Positions 38,731-47,514 of a stretch of 64,000 bases of DNA are shown one piece after another. The DNA is from Bdellovibrionales bacterium (lineage in GTDB: Bacteria > Bdellovibrionota > Bdellovibrionia > Bdellovibrionales > UBA1609): contig OZ241456.1 in NCBI GenBank assembly GCA_965200875.1, forward strand, positions 928,001 to 992,000. The letters are read 5' to 3'. Each line of letters opens with the position of its first letter. Position 1 is the first letter of the stretch. Under the pieces are notes generated by a model. The model saw only the letters and a list, made by a program, of their open reading frames with translations, was not told the DNA's origin and did no database searches. Position numbers and translations under genes: made by a program.

Positions 38731-38809
38731 AGATTCCCGTTTTTAAGGGACTGAAAGCTCTTAGAGAGCTTTCAGTTTAGTAAAGGAAAACTTTTTTCAT
38801 GGGTAATTA
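38731..38809 (+). repeat. Partial MITE-like element with 12-bp-stem hairpin (possible terminator)
   Basis: GATTCCCGTTTTTAAGGGA, hairpin ACTGAAAGCTCT-TAG-AGAGCTTTCAGT (38750-38776) and TTTTTCATGGGTAATTA right end. Confidence 0.65.
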
Positions 38810-38829
38810 TACAGGTGTAGGCTAAAGAT

Positions 38830-40113
38830 ATGATTTATTTTGATTATAATTCCACAGCACCTTATTCCCCCTCAGTGAGGAACTACCTAAAAGAGGATTT
38901 GTTACGGAATTGGCAAAATCCATCAGCTATTTACCCACCGGCGAGGATCATGGACCAGCAAATAAGAGAGTGTAGAAAAGTTATCGCAGACTTTTTAAAT
39001 TGCTCGTCTAAGAATTTGTTTTTCACCAGTGGAGGAACAGAAGCAATTAATACTGTGCTCTCCACAGACACTTTAAAGCTTAATGGTTTAAATTCTGTTA
39101 TCAGCTCACCGCTGGAACACCATGCAACACTAAAAAAACTTGAATATCTAAGAGCTTTTTGCTCTGTTCATCAGGATTCCCACTTTCAAGTGGGTAATAA
39201 TGAACAAGGGGAAATCAACTTAAATGATCTGGAGGAGCTTTGTACAAAGCAACCCTATTCCTTAGTGTCTCTTTTATCCTCTAACAACGAAACCGGGGTT
39301 ATTACAAATATAAAAGAAGTAAGCAGGATTGCTAAAAAACATAATTGCCTAGTTCATGTGGATGCAGTTCAGTCTCTGGGAAAAACCCTTGTGGATTTAA
39401 CAGACTGGGGGGTGGACTTTGCCAGCTTCTCTGGTCATAAAATTGGTGCTATGAAGGGAGTTGGTTTTCTTTATGCCAGAAAACCTTTTGCACCTCTAAT
39501 GTATGGTGGTGGACAAGAAAGAAACTTAAGGGCTGGCACATATAACTTTCCGGCTATTTATTCTTTAAAACTTGCCCTACAGGATGTTGATTTTCAAAAA
39601 TGGGAGGGTGTAGGACAATTAAGAGATTACTTTGAAAAGTCTTTGCTAAGTGAATGTAGCTACACAAAACAAGGTGAGATTCCCGCTTTCAAGGGAAAAG
39701 AAGACAACGGTTTGTCTTCCTGTTTGGCATCAGCTGGATTAACAGATACGACTCCAGAAATGAAAAGTATTGTGGGAATGTCAAGTGCAAGTGGTGCAGA
39801 AATGACAAAAAAATACAAAATAAATTGCCAAAGAGCAAAACGTCTGCCCAATACTTCCAGTATTTATTGTATGGGTATGAGCAACCAAGTTGTTTTATTG
39901 CACTTGAACCAAAAAGGAATATGCGCTTCTGCGGGTTCTGCTTGTAATGTTGGTTCTCCTGAGCCTTCTCATGTTGTTACTGCCTTGAGAATATGTGAAG
40001 ATTTGAATCCCAGAGATTATGCTCGTTCCTGCTTTCGGATTTCTCTTTCACCAAATAATACAAAGCACGAAGTGGATATTTTAATAAGTGCTTTAAAAGA
40101 GCTACATTCTTAA
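38830..40113 (+). CDS. Cysteine desulfurase (IscS/NifS/DndA/SspA family)
   Basis: IYFDYNST, FTSGGTEA, NNETG, HVDAVQ, SGHK (PLP Lys), RAGTYN and SAGSAC (catalytic Cys); carries an ~55 aa insertion. Confidence 0.93.
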   Translation: MIYFDYNSTAPYSPSVRNYLKEDLLRNWQNPSAIYPPARIMDQQIRECRKVIADFLNCSSKNLFFTSGGTEAINTVLSTDTLKLNGLNSVISSPLEHHATLKKLEYLRAFCSVHQDSHFQVGNNEQGEINLNDLEELCTKQPYSLVSLLSSNNETGVITNIKEVSRIAKKHNCLVHVDAVQSLGKTLVDLTDWGVDFASFSGHKIGAMKGVGFLYARKPFAPLMYGGGQERNLRAGTYNFPAIYSLKLALQDVDFQKWEGVGQLRDYFEKSLLSECSYTKQGEIPAFKGKEDNGLSSCLASAGLTDTTPEMKSIVGMSSASGAEMTKKYKINCQRAKRLPNTSSIYCMGMSNQVVLLHLNQKGICASAGSACNVGSPEPSHVVTALRICEDLNPRDYARSCFRISLSPNNTKHEVDILISALKELHS

Positions 40114-40292
40114 ATGCGCAAAAGCCTAAAAAGCAAGGGAAATAACATATTTTTTCACGGGCGAATAAATAAAGTGTGAAAAGATTACAAAATATATATT
40201 TGTAATTGAAAAATTTTGAGAAAAATGGTTATATAATTTTTATTGAGTCCCAAAATTTAGGGGTCAAGAATAAATTGTATAAAAGAGGGTAT

Positions 40293-40850
40293 ATGAAAGC
40301 AATAATTTTACTAGTTATTTCCATGTTGGTTTTTGGTTGTTCAGAGAGTACCAAATTAGATAGTCAATCTTGTTTGACTCCTTCTGGTTCTTTTGGATGT
40401 AATATCACATTGCATGATGTGTATGGTATTGGTATTTACGAAGCGAGAGAGATAGAAAAACTGTTGAGTGATAATCTTGGTCTAGATATACCAGAAGTGG
40501 ATATACCAGAAGTGCCAGATATACCAGATGTGGATATACCAGAAGTGCCAGATATACCAGAAGTGGGAAATGGGAGATTGGACATTCACCGGTCATTAAC
40601 AGAAGAACCAGTTACTCTAAGAAATTGTGATCAAATGAAGATAGTGTTTGATCGTTGTGTTAAAAATGGGAGTAAATCATATTCTTGTAGTACACTTCGC
40701 CATGCTAGAACATGGGGCCTTATAAAAGTTCAATGCAGAAAGGATATAGTTCTTGATAAATGGAATCAATGTAATCCAAAAATTGAAAATCGCCAAACAA
40801 GCCAAGAGGTTCTTACAAGCATTTTTGTAGATCAATGTGTCCGAATCTAG
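40293..40850 (+). CDS. Hypothetical lipoprotein with DIPEV repeats and Cys-rich C-terminus
   Basis: MKAIILLVISMLVFGC lipobox from ATG 40293; DIPEV/DIPDV repeats at about 40485-40565. Confidence 0.7.
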   Translation: MKAIILLVISMLVFGCSESTKLDSQSCLTPSGSFGCNITLHDVYGIGIYEAREIEKLLSDNLGLDIPEVDIPEVPDIPDVDIPEVPDIPEVGNGRLDIHRSLTEEPVTLRNCDQMKIVFDRCVKNGSKSYSCSTLRHARTWGLIKVQCRKDIVLDKWNQCNPKIENRQTSQEVLTSIFVDQCVRI

Positions 40851-40882
40851 TAAATTCTTAGAAAGGACACTGACAAGATCAA

Positions 40883-42220
40883 TTATTTAAACGCGAATAC
40901 ACATCTTATGTGTTTTTCAACTTTTTCCAATGTTTCTGGATCTGATATGTATGCTCTTGTACTTTTCAGTGCTGTCTCTATTGCATAATGACCCAGTATA
41001 GATGCAACAACTTTCTGTTCAGGGCTAAGAGGTTTTGTTTGGTTTGTTCTTTCTGAGTCATTTTGCGGTCTTCTTGATTCACGAGAGTCTTCTATTGTTA
41101 GATCTTTGAGGAAATTTTCGTAATCCTGAAGAGTTGGTTGTCTTCTTGATTCACGAGAGTCTTCCATGCTCTCTTGGTTTGCCAAATGTGGGATAACTGA
41201 AACTCTATCTTGAAAATTCCTTAAGGCATCCTCCTGTATTTCAGGACGAAATGAAACTTTTCGCATTTCCGTTTCAAGTTCTGATAGCTCTCTTTTGTTT
41301 TGAATAAAGGAAAGGGTTTTATCCATTATTCTTATTTTGTCCGCTTCTGAGAAATACTCCCAGCCTATTTGCAGGAAAATCTTGGCATCCTGAATAGATT
41401 CAATATGAGGAAGGGCGTAAGAAACTATTATGGATAATTCTCTTTTGGAAAATTGTTTTTGTCCTACGAAGAGCAGGTCTACTGCATCAATAAAGTTCTC
41501 AATACTGTAAATCAGCTCCACTTGTTGTTGTCTGGTAAGCAGATTGAAAAACGCTGCTTTTCCACCTCTTTTATATTCAAGAGTGGCGTATTTGAAGTTT
41601 GCTATTAGTTCCTGATTTGCAACAGGCTTGAATTGTATGCCTTCTGGCTTTTTAAGACACCACCAAGTATCTGAGACTATTCGCCCGAGTGTTGCTGAAT
41701 CCTTGATGGCAACTCGAAGTTTTAGCTTGTAAGCTTCTTCTAAGCTAATGCCTTTTTCCTGTAATCGTGCTTTAATTCTTTCATCATTTAAATCAATAAA
41801 CGGGTAGCCTGCTGACACCACCACTTTTATTATACTGTCACCATAATGAGAAGAAGAATTTCTATTTTCTGCAACATAAAGTCCTTTACCAGTTCTACCA
41901 GCAATAGCTGGTTTTGAGTACATTTCAGTTCCTACATAATGTTCATAAAGTTCTTGAGTCATCTCACCAGCTGAAAGGAGTTTTTGTGCCACTTCTTTGG
42001 GTTGCCATCTGTAAAATACCCGTTCCTCAGTGGAAGGTGTTGCTAGGGACTCTATAAAATCCCTCTTTTCTTCAGGGGATAATTCATTGGCAAAACAAAG
42101 GTCATTAAAAAAGAAAAGGGACAAGAGCAAGGCTATAAGTGTCATTAGTTTCTGATTTAATGAAAATAGAATTTTTAAAAAATAGAAATGTAAAAGTATA
42201 TTCATAATAGATCCTTCCAT
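40883..42220 (-). CDS. Exported protein with putative ADP-ribosyltransferase-like N-terminal domain
   Basis: Signal-like segment, then VFYRW...GKGLYVA...SSHYG...IIKVVV pattern; the ART call is tentative. Confidence 0.5.
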   Translation of the reverse strand: MEGSIMNILLHFYFLKILFSLNQKLMTLIALLLSLFFFNDLCFANELSPEEKRDFIESLATPSTEERVFYRWQPKEVAQKLLSAGEMTQELYEHYVGTEMYSKPAIAGRTGKGLYVAENRNSSSHYGDSIIKVVVSAGYPFIDLNDERIKARLQEKGISLEEAYKLKLRVAIKDSATLGRIVSDTWWCLKKPEGIQFKPVANQELIANFKYATLEYKRGGKAAFFNLLTRQQQVELIYSIENFIDAVDLLFVGQKQFSKRELSIIVSYALPHIESIQDAKIFLQIGWEYFSEADKIRIMDKTLSFIQNKRELSELETEMRKVSFRPEIQEDALRNFQDRVSVIPHLANQESMEDSRESRRQPTLQDYENFLKDLTIEDSRESRRPQNDSERTNQTKPLSPEQKVVASILGHYAIETALKSTRAYISDPETLEKVEKHIRCVFAFK

Positions 42221-42403
42221 CCTTTATTTTTTAACTGATTATATTCAAAAATTTAAAAAACACAAAGGTTAAAAGTAATATATGTAATCTTTACATGAGT
42301 GTAAAATATTTAAACAAAGAACCTTGATACTTTGGATTTGTTGGTCAAGATAAGAAGCCGGAAAAGTAAAAGCACTGAAATAAAAAGTATAGATACAAAA
42401 TAA

Positions 42404-42724
42404 TTAAGACTGTTTGTTTTCTTTTGTTTTTAATTCTTTCAAAATATTTTGCAATAATTCAGTAGTAGAGTATAGTTTTTCGGTACGAGATTCCAAATGT
42501 ATAAAAAGATTGTTTCGTTCTTCTCTATCTGTAATAAGCATATCTTTTATACTTTGTTGCTCACTTTCCAAACGGGCTTGATTTTCCTTTACTGGTTTAA
42601 GTAACATATTAAACATAAACCCTAACGCTGTAAAGATAGCACAAAGAGCAATAATTGTTTCAGTATCCATTTTCATCCTCATTTTATTATTCACAAAAAG
42701 CATTTTATAAAAATATGATAACAA
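42404..42724 (-). CDS. Small TM + coiled-coil protein
   Basis: MDTETIIALCAIFTALGFMFNMLLKPV followed by a coiled coil; same architecture as 10410-10640. Confidence 0.6.
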   Translation of the reverse strand: MLSYFYKMLFVNNKMRMKMDTETIIALCAIFTALGFMFNMLLKPVKENQARLESEQQSIKDMLITDREERNNLFIHLESRTEKLYSTTELLQNILKELKTKENKQS

Positions 42725-42733
42725 TAGTCAATA

Positions 42734-42955
42734 TTAATACTCAAAAATATAAACAGAATAGACTGGTCCTGAAACTCTAGGCCCACCAATATCTGCATTA
42801 TAACCTTGTTCTTTATATTGATTTTCTAATCTTTGAGCATCATCGTAATACAAGCCTGTATGGATAACCTTGAATCCTGATACAATCCTACCCGTATTTT
42901 CCCATTCCTGTTTTCTTATATGAGGATCGCGGGAAGTTATACCAACATATCGCAT
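42734..42955 (-). CDS. Minimal GIY-YIG-like protein
   Basis: RYVGIT..P..R..E and AQRLE motifs; AAGGAAG RBS-like sequence upstream. Confidence 0.55.
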   Translation of the reverse strand: MRYVGITSRDPHIRKQEWENTGRIVSGFKVIHTGLYYDDAQRLENQYKEQGYNADIGGPRVSGPVYSVYIFEY

Positions 42956-43323
42956 AACTCACTTCCTTTCTTAAATTTATAATTTAAGAATAACAAATTC
43001 ATAACTTATAACGCAAACTGACTTATCGGCCTAGAAATGTTAGACTTTAGGGAAAGTTTAAAATTGTTAAAAAAAGACAGAAAAGCACCTCTATTCATCA
43101 TCACTTTGTGGGTTTTCATAGTGTGAAGAAAGTCAGTATAATATCCAAAGAATATAGTTTTATATGCTTATCTGAATGAGGAAAGTGCATTTTTTGCACA
43201 TTGCTTTTTTCGTCAATTTCCCCATCTTTAGTAATTTTTCCAATATGCTTTGTAACATGTGTGCTCTCCGACATAGCAAGGCTTTCTGAAATATGGTGTT
43301 GTAAAAGTGCATCGGCTAAACAA

Positions 43324-44340
43324 TCAAGTGGTGTTAATTTTTTCGAAGTTGTTCTTTTTGTTTTTCTTCGGCTTATTACCCTGCAACAACAGTACAATTA
43401 ATCCGATCATTTTATCTTTATCCTTTGGATCGCTTTCAGCAACCAACAAAGTTAAAGCTGTTAAAGCAGGTGGGGTTAGATTGCGAGGCAAACCTAAAGC
43501 TTTTTGCAAAAACCACAAAAAAGCGAAAGCCCCGCTTCTCTTATTTCCATCAGAAAAAGGATGATTTTTAACCATAAAATAGAGCAAATGGGCTGATTTT
43601 TCCTCAACAGTAGGATATAAATCCTGTCCGCCAAAGGACTGAAATACATTACCTACAATTCCCTCCACAGCGTTTTTTGATCTTTCTTGTCCAAATAAAT
43701 CAGTAGCTTGTTTTTTAGCGATAAGTTTCTGCTTGAATTTTTGTAAAGTATTGCTTAAATCTTCAGCTGTAAAAAGTACTTGTTTTTTTGTCACTCCATT
43801 TTTTGGAAACTTTTCAGAATCGTAAGCTTCCAAGGAAAGCCATGTGTCAGCAAATACACTAATAAGATCTACGGCAGACTGTGCGGGAATGGACTTATCT
43901 GCTGGCAAAAGATGTTTTATATCCTCCAGAGTTTTTTGGAATTGTTGATAATTTTTAGCCAACTGTTTTTTATTTATGGTGTAGCCTTTTAAAAGATGTT
44001 GTTTTAAGGTCTTTGTAGCCCATATACGAAATTGTGTGGCTTGGTTTGAATTGACACGATAACCGACAGACAGTATAGCATCCAAATTGTAATATTCAAT
44101 TTTCCTGTTTACTTGTCTCTTTCCTTCTTTTTGAACTGTTTCCAAAATGGAAACAGTTAATTTTTTGTTTAATTCTCCATTTTGATAGATATTATGTAAA
44201 TGTTTTGATATAGCTGGTTTTTTTACACCAAAAAGCTTTGCAATCTGGTTCAGATTTCCCCACACAGTGTTTTTTTGAAAGTCACCGCGAAACTCGATTT
44301 TTCCGGTTTTGGACTGATAGATAAACACTTCTTTTTTCAT
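43324..44340 (-). CDS. RhuM/Fic-Doc family protein
   Basis: ISKHLHNIY..GEL, YYNLDAILSVGYRVNS..ATQFRIWAT (RhuM) and HPFSDGNKRSG (Fic/Doc). Confidence 0.92.
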   Translation of the reverse strand: MKKEVFIYQSKTGKIEFRGDFQKNTVWGNLNQIAKLFGVKKPAISKHLHNIYQNGELNKKLTVSILETVQKEGKRQVNRKIEYYNLDAILSVGYRVNSNQATQFRIWATKTLKQHLLKGYTINKKQLAKNYQQFQKTLEDIKHLLPADKSIPAQSAVDLISVFADTWLSLEAYDSEKFPKNGVTKKQVLFTAEDLSNTLQKFKQKLIAKKQATDLFGQERSKNAVEGIVGNVFQSFGGQDLYPTVEEKSAHLLYFMVKNHPFSDGNKRSGAFAFLWFLQKALGLPRNLTPPALTALTLLVAESDPKDKDKMIGLIVLLLQGNKPKKNKKNNFEKINTT

Positions 44341-44419
44341 ATTTTTTCCTTCTTTTTAAATTGATTTTCCAGTCAAAAAAGAGATTATCCAAAAAATCAA
44401 TTATGTTACAACATAAGGG

Positions 44420-44761
44420 TTATTCGTTAAATTGTTCAAATTCATCCAGATTGTTTTTTTTCTTTACGGAACAGATGATAATGACTCTGAAGGGGGTATA
44501 AATTCCCAAAGTTAAACCAGCGGTAAGAATATGAAGAAACGATCTGGTTATTTTCAGGGTTTTCCAATTTGCAGGGCATTCCTTCCAGACTTTTATTTTT
44601 TCAGAAGTGTTGGCCAGCCCAAAGAAAAAAGAGGGTATGGTGTATTCTCTTTTTTTTGTCAGATAAAGGTTGGAGTTGCCAAGAGGTTTTTTACGCAAAG
44701 TAATGGGGGTCACGCAAGCGCATAATAAAAAACAAAGAAGAATACAGGTAAAATATTTCAT
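44420..44761 (-). CDS. Bor/Iss-family lipoprotein
   Basis: Lipobox LCAC; FFFGL, Cys, LTLGIYTP...C pattern. Confidence 0.75.
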   Translation of the reverse strand: MKYFTCILLCFLLCACVTPITLRKKPLGNSNLYLTKKREYTIPSFFFGLANTSEKIKVWKECPANWKTLKITRSFLHILTAGLTLGIYTPFRVIIICSVKKKNNLDEFEQFNE

Positions 44762-45069
44762 AGTTTAATAAAGTCCTGATTGGGTATTTCACACCATATT
44801 TCCGTGCTTTTTGGAGAATACAAGCCAAGAGTGCTTATCGCAAAAAGAAAATCTTCAAAATTAAAGTAATTTCTAATCTGAACAGGCTCTCCATCCACAC
44901 AAGCTGACTGTATGTTAATGGAGTCTGAACCTACTAATCCCCATAATCCATAGTGACTGTAGTGGGTAAAGGAGGTGGATTGTTCAGGATAGGGTGTTAA
45001 TTCAATATTTATAGAGGCGCAGGAAATCATTAAAAATATGGTAAAGCACAGCGTGGCGAATCTGGCCAA
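44758..45069 (-). CDS. Bor/Iss-family lipoprotein (second paralogue)
   Basis: LMISC lipobox; YGLWGL, AC, STLGLYSP...WC. ORF is listed to 45279; the TTG start at 45069 is inferred. Confidence 0.7.
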   Translation of the reverse strand: MARFATLCFTIFLMISCASINIELTPYPEQSTSFTHYSHYGLWGLVGSDSINIQSACVDGEPVQIRNYFNFEDFLFAISTLGLYSPKSTEIWCEIPNQDFIKL

Positions 45070-45271
45070 AATTTTTATTTTTGGAAGGAAATGCAAAAGC
45101 AGAAATGTTAAACTGAGGTGATGTAAAAATGTTTGCATTACTGTTTTGATACTATGTTTTGTATAGAGGCGCAAAATAAAAATTTTCAGTTGGACCAAGT
45201 TGATTAAGGTTGAAGACTGAGGTTGAAGGCTGAAAGTTGAGGTTGAAGACAGTTTTGTGGTTTTAAAAGAC

Positions 45272-45724
45272 TCAAGCACTCTTTTTTAGAGGGGCTGGGT
45301 AGTCTGTTTCAGCGATATTTTTACGCATGGATTCAAGATTCATTCCCAATTCATAGAGCTTTCTATATAAAGTGGCTCGGCTTATTTTCAGAGTTTTCGC
45401 TGCTTTAGAGGCGTTTCCTCTTGACTGAAGCAATGCGGTTTTGATGGCTTCCAATTTAATTTCATCCATAGTCTGTATGGGGCTCCCTGTAACAGGCATT
45501 TTTATAATGGACAAAGAATGATTTATTGTGTTGTCAGGTTTTTTTTGATTTTTTTTTGTCCCTTTTGTACATTTTACCGATTTTGCCCATTTTACCCCTT
45601 TTGACCTGAGGGTCTCCCATTCTTCTTTTGAATAATGTTCCAAGGAAAAATGATTTTTTTTCGCGAAATATTTTACTTTTTCCACATCTGCCAGACTATT
45701 ACTGATAAAGAGTAACTTATTCAT
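45272..45724 (-). CDS. Fis-type HTH domain protein
   Basis: TMDEIKLEAIKTALLQSRGNASKAAKTLKISRATLYRKL (HTH_8); no AAA domain. Confidence 0.8.
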   Translation of the reverse strand: MNKLLFISNSLADVEKVKYFAKKNHFSLEHYSKEEWETLRSKGVKWAKSVKCTKGTKKNQKKPDNTINHSLSIIKMPVTGSPIQTMDEIKLEAIKTALLQSRGNASKAAKTLKISRATLYRKLYELGMNLESMRKNIAETDYPAPLKKSA

Positions 45725-45990
45725 TTTTTCCTCTTACAGATATCTAAAATTTTCAAAGTTGCTTTTTCTGTCAAATTCAGGTGTTTTGTTCTTCATTATC
45801 ATTAACCGGGTTGTATTTACTTTGATTCGGCTGATTGATGTAAAAATTTAAATATTTTTTGTTTTAGACCTTGATAGCTGGAAATAACGACATAATTTTG
45901 CAGTAATATTTCATCCTCCGTCAAATTATCGAGGATAAGGATTCGGAAGGGGAGAGATAAATAAGCTGGTGGCTGGTCAATAGTTTTATG

Positions 45991-47487
45991 TTATTTTTTG
46001 CGTGTAGCTGGACTTTGAGTATGTTTGTCGGCAATATGCTTTCCTTGTAAAAAACATTTTGTGATTCCGTTTTCAAAAGAGTTGGCCAATTTGAATTTGC
46101 TTTTTTGATTTAATATGGATTTGGCTTGTTTAAAAGCCCATAGCATTTTATGTTTGTTTAACATACAAGCTTTCATAAAGTGTTTGTAAGATTTTTTTTC
46201 TTTTCCGGTGTTAAAAAGAGATTGCGCCAGCCCCAATCGTGCCTCCGCTGAGTTTGAATCTATTTTGGAAGCAGTTTGAAAATAAGGGAAAGCGGATGTG
46301 TATTCTTGTTGTTCAATGAAAAACTGGCCCACTATCACTTGGACAAAACTGGAGTTCGGAAATTTTTTGCCGGCAAATTTAAGCTGTTTTTCTTTATCTT
46401 CCTGTTTTTCCATGGAGAGAGCGTAGTAAATATAATTACTAGGTTCTTTTGGGTCGTATCTTATGGCTTTTTTACAGCCGGAAAGGCTCTGGTTGTAAAA
46501 TTTGTTAATATAAAAGTATTTGCAAATATCTTTGATATATTTTCTTTTTATGCCATATTCTCTGATAAGGGTTTGCAACAGTTTCAAAATGGCATAATTG
46601 TTTTCTTCGGAGTCTGCTTTAAATTTTAGAAGTTCCAGCATCTCCATCTGTGCTCTTTCGTGATACTTTTTATTGAGAGTAAGAGTTTTTTGGATAATAT
46701 CTATTACTTCATTTCTATGTGCAAACAAACCGGTTTTGAAGTAAAGCTTCCTGAGTCCTTTTGCCAGTTCCAACAGATAAGTTCCGTTTTTTTTGTCTTT
46801 TTTCACCAATTTTCTGAGAACACGAATTTGATTTTCATAATCTCCTGTATTTTCATAGGCTTGTGCTAAAATTAGGAGAGAACGAGGAGAACTGTCTTCC
46901 AATGATTCCTGCAGATCAATGGTTTTTCTGTGTTTATTTTCTTTTATATGATCCACGGCGGACTTTTTCTTGGTCTGTGGAGCGAGTGTTTTATTCAGGA
47001 AATCCAGTTCACTCGTCATGCTTTTAATAACAGATGAATCCAGGGAATCTGCTGATGGTTTTTTTTGCTTTTTCCTGTTATTTGCGGATTTCTTTTTTGC
47101 CTTTATGGGTTTTTCAACAAGCTTTTTGGTTTTGTGGGTTGAGCTTTCTGGTTTTTCAACAAGCTTTTTGGTTTTGTGAGTTGAGCTTTCTGGTTTTTCA
47201 GCAGGCTTTTTGGTTTTGTGGGTTGAGCTTTTTGTTTTTTCAGTAGGCTTTTTGGTTTTGTGGGTTGAGCTTTTTGGTTTTTTAGCAAGCTTTTTGGTTT
47301 TGTGGGTTGAGCTTTCTGGTTTTTCAGCAGGCTTTTTGGTTTTGTGGGTTGAGCTTTTTGGTTTTTTAGCAAGCTTTTTGGTTTTGTGGGTTGAGCTTTC
47401 TGGTTTTTCAGCAGGCTTTTCTGGTACAGCGATGACAGTAGAAGAGAAAAAGAGAAAAGAACAAATAGTAAAAATTTGTGTGTTCAT
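45991..47487 (-). CDS. Exported TPR protein with Lys-rich N-terminal tandem repeats
   Basis: Signal peptide, about 7 copies of a 15-aa KKPAEKPESSTHKTK unit, then TPR motifs (LAQAYENTGDY; ARLGLAQSLFNTG). Confidence 0.8.
   Translation of the reverse strand: MNTQIFTICSFLFFSSTVIAVPEKPAEKPESSTHKTKKLAKKPKSSTHKTKKPAEKPESSTHKTKKLAKKPKSSTHKTKKPTEKTKSSTHKTKKPAEKPESSTHKTKKLVEKPESSTHKTKKLVEKPIKAKKKSANNRKKQKKPSADSLDSSVIKSMTSELDFLNKTLAPQTKKKSAVDHIKENKHRKTIDLQESLEDSSPRSLLILAQAYENTGDYENQIRVLRKLVKKDKKNGTYLLELAKGLRKLYFKTGLFAHRNEVIDIIQKTLTLNKKYHERAQMEMLELLKFKADSEENNYAILKLLQTLIREYGIKRKYIKDICKYFYINKFYNQSLSGCKKAIRYDPKEPSNYIYYALSMEKQEDKEKQLKFAGKKFPNSSFVQVIVGQFFIEQQEYTSAFPYFQTASKIDSNSAEARLGLAQSLFNTGKEKKSYKHFMKACMLNKHKMLWAFKQAKSILNQKSKFKLANSFENGITKCFLQGKHIADKHTQSPATRKK
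47108..47421 (-). repeat. 45-bp coding tandem repeat, about 7 copies
   Basis: Recurrent GCTTTTTGGTTTTGTGGGTTGAGCTTT(C/T)TGGTTTTT unit at 45-bp period. Confidence 0.9.
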
Positions 47488-47514
47488 TCGGAGTTTTCCG
47501 TCTTTCAGGGTTTG

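Noticed and set aside
32121..40113. Complete Dnd, Ssp or BREX system
   Set aside because: No DndB/D/E, SspB/SspC, PglZ or BrxC-like ORFs recognisable in the window.
43116..43397. 93-aa minus-strand ORF overlapping the RhuM-Fic 3' end
   Set aside because: No recognisable motif or RBS; may be a gene remnant but cannot be supported.
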